A program made the position numbers and the translations under genes. The notes beneath the pieces were generated by a model. That model worked only from the letters and a program-made list of their open reading frames with translations. It did no database searches and was not told where the DNA came from. A DNA stretch of 64,000 bases from Rhizophagus irregularis (taxonomy: Eukaryota): NCBI RefSeq assembly GCF_026210795.1, contig NC_089430.1, positions 2,480,001 to 2,544,000 on the forward strand. The letters are read 5' to 3'. Below, piece by piece: positions 62,701 to 64,000 of this stretch (positions within the stretch are counted from its first letter, which is position 1; every line of letters starts with the position of its first letter).

Positions 62701-64000
62701 AGAAGTATACGATCTGTTGTAAAACATAAAGCAAACTTTTCTCGTTCTTTACCCAATTCCATTTTATTTTTGTCTCATGCCTTGGGCTTGATTAATTTGT
62801 TTGCTCATCAACGACAATGTCATATTACTAATTTATTTTTAATGGCTAATTCTTCTTCTGTTTTTATTCAATCTCTTTTTATTTATAGATTGAGTTTAAT
62901 TCAATATAATTTTTTGATTCCTATTTCTCCCCTTTTAATTAAAGACTGGTCTATATGGTCTTCTCTATTTTCTTTTAAGAAAGATTATATCGCATGCACT
63001 ATTGCTCTCTTGTCTTCTACTCCTTTTCGTTTGCTTCACACTCAACTATTGAAGCTTCCGAATTTGTCCTTGTTAGAAGGACGCGTTCCTTTATTTGAAT
63101 GCATGACGCCTAAAGCCTTTAAAGCCTATTTTTCCATCCTGCGTAAACGACAACTGTTTTATTTATCTCAGCTTGTTACTCCCCAAGGAACTCATTTAAT
63201 TTCCTGGAAGGCTTACTATGACAATTTGGTTGGACGACGTGGCCCTGGCCGTATCCCTTATTGGTACAAAGATATTCAACAAGCTACCACTATTCCTGAC
63301 TCTAATAATCGTTTGCTGGATCAGTTTAATTTTACGCCTACGATTGACTCTTCCTGTTATGATTTGACTCCTTGTTTATTTTCTCCTCCTACTACAAAAA
63401 ATTGGATTGTCACGTTGGACGTTTATGGTTCTCCCTTTTTTGGCAAACAACTTCTAGTCCAAGCTAGTCGTGGTACTTGTTCTATTGTTCACTGGGTTTC
63501 TCCTGATTGTGAATCCTCACCTGGTGATCTCATCAGACTTTCTTCTTGTCCTGGTTGTGCTGCTCACATTCCTCTGCCTCCTTCCAAAAAACGGAATGCT
63601 GATTTAACCCTTTGTACACCTACGGTTTCTCTACAACATTCGCTTATTCTGCCCACCACCAACGAGCGGATTAAACGTACTACTTCTGAAGTGATTTCCC
63701 CTTTTACTTGGGCTGATATAGAAGATGGTGTCCGTCTTTATTATAGTAGATCGGATTTTGATTCTGATTCTTCTTCTGCTGATACTGTTGTAGCTCCTAC
63801 TACTCCCTGTCACTATTGAATCCTCAGCTGCTGCTGTTTTTGCTAACTTCCCGTTGGTCATTTCTTCAGACTCGCGTTACATCTTTTTCACTGATGGGTC
63901 TCTTATTAATTTAGGCACTCCCGATGTTTCTATGGGCTGGTCTTGGATGCAAATAGTCCCCGATGCAGGCTTTCCCAACTCCATCGCCACTTATGCTCAC
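59705..64000 (+). CDS. LINE ORF2: AP endonuclease, reverse transcriptase, start of RNase H; single-base frameshifts near 61465 and 63810
   Basis: FNVNGL, GIVDTH, IYIPP, GDFN, TRVDYV, SDHNP; PKP..RPITLLE, QDIFKAFD, QGEVISPLLW, FMDD, FLGVW; FFTDGSL at ~63885. Confidence 0.92.

Larger units (their letters stand above)
57421..64000 (+). mobile_element. LINE copy C: intact 5' end, ORF1 + APE-RT-RNase H ORF2, runs off the window
   Basis: 5' UTR shared with copy B; long ORFs 58689-59705, 59705-61534, 61531-63819. Confidence 0.96.

Noticed and set aside
48382..64000. Large inverted repeat as a fold-back read or amplification artefact
   Set aside because: Arms differ by many substitutions and by TSD-flanked insertions present in only one arm

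Overview
Eukaryotic, very AT-rich fungal DNA with short GT-AG introns. Gene content (WTSGN-type TKL kinase, intronless F-box/LRR, Crinkler-like relic, RNase H LINEs) points to an arbuscular mycorrhizal fungus such as Rhizophagus (inference). A gene island at ~19-45 kb (SFM1, PWWP-like protein, kinase, tRNA-Glu, NRAMP, F-box/LRR, MFS transporter, Ulp1-like protease) lies between two heavily nested transposon fields. The main finding is a tail-less APE-RT-RNase H LINE family that appears site-specific for the 16-bp terminus (TAGTTTTTGACCAGTA) of a DNA-transposon TIR. One copy is bracketed by this 16-mer, and two more copies with intact 5' ends point outward from the two ends of one 295-bp palindromic MITE. 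A second retro-insertion with a similar 3' terminus sits in the TIR of a different MITE. Also notable: several repeat families built from tandem intron + micro-exon units, an ORF1-only retroposon, and an NRAMP with three substitutions in its proton-coupling network. Coordinates were read by eye; many homopolymer frameshifts may be assembly errors.
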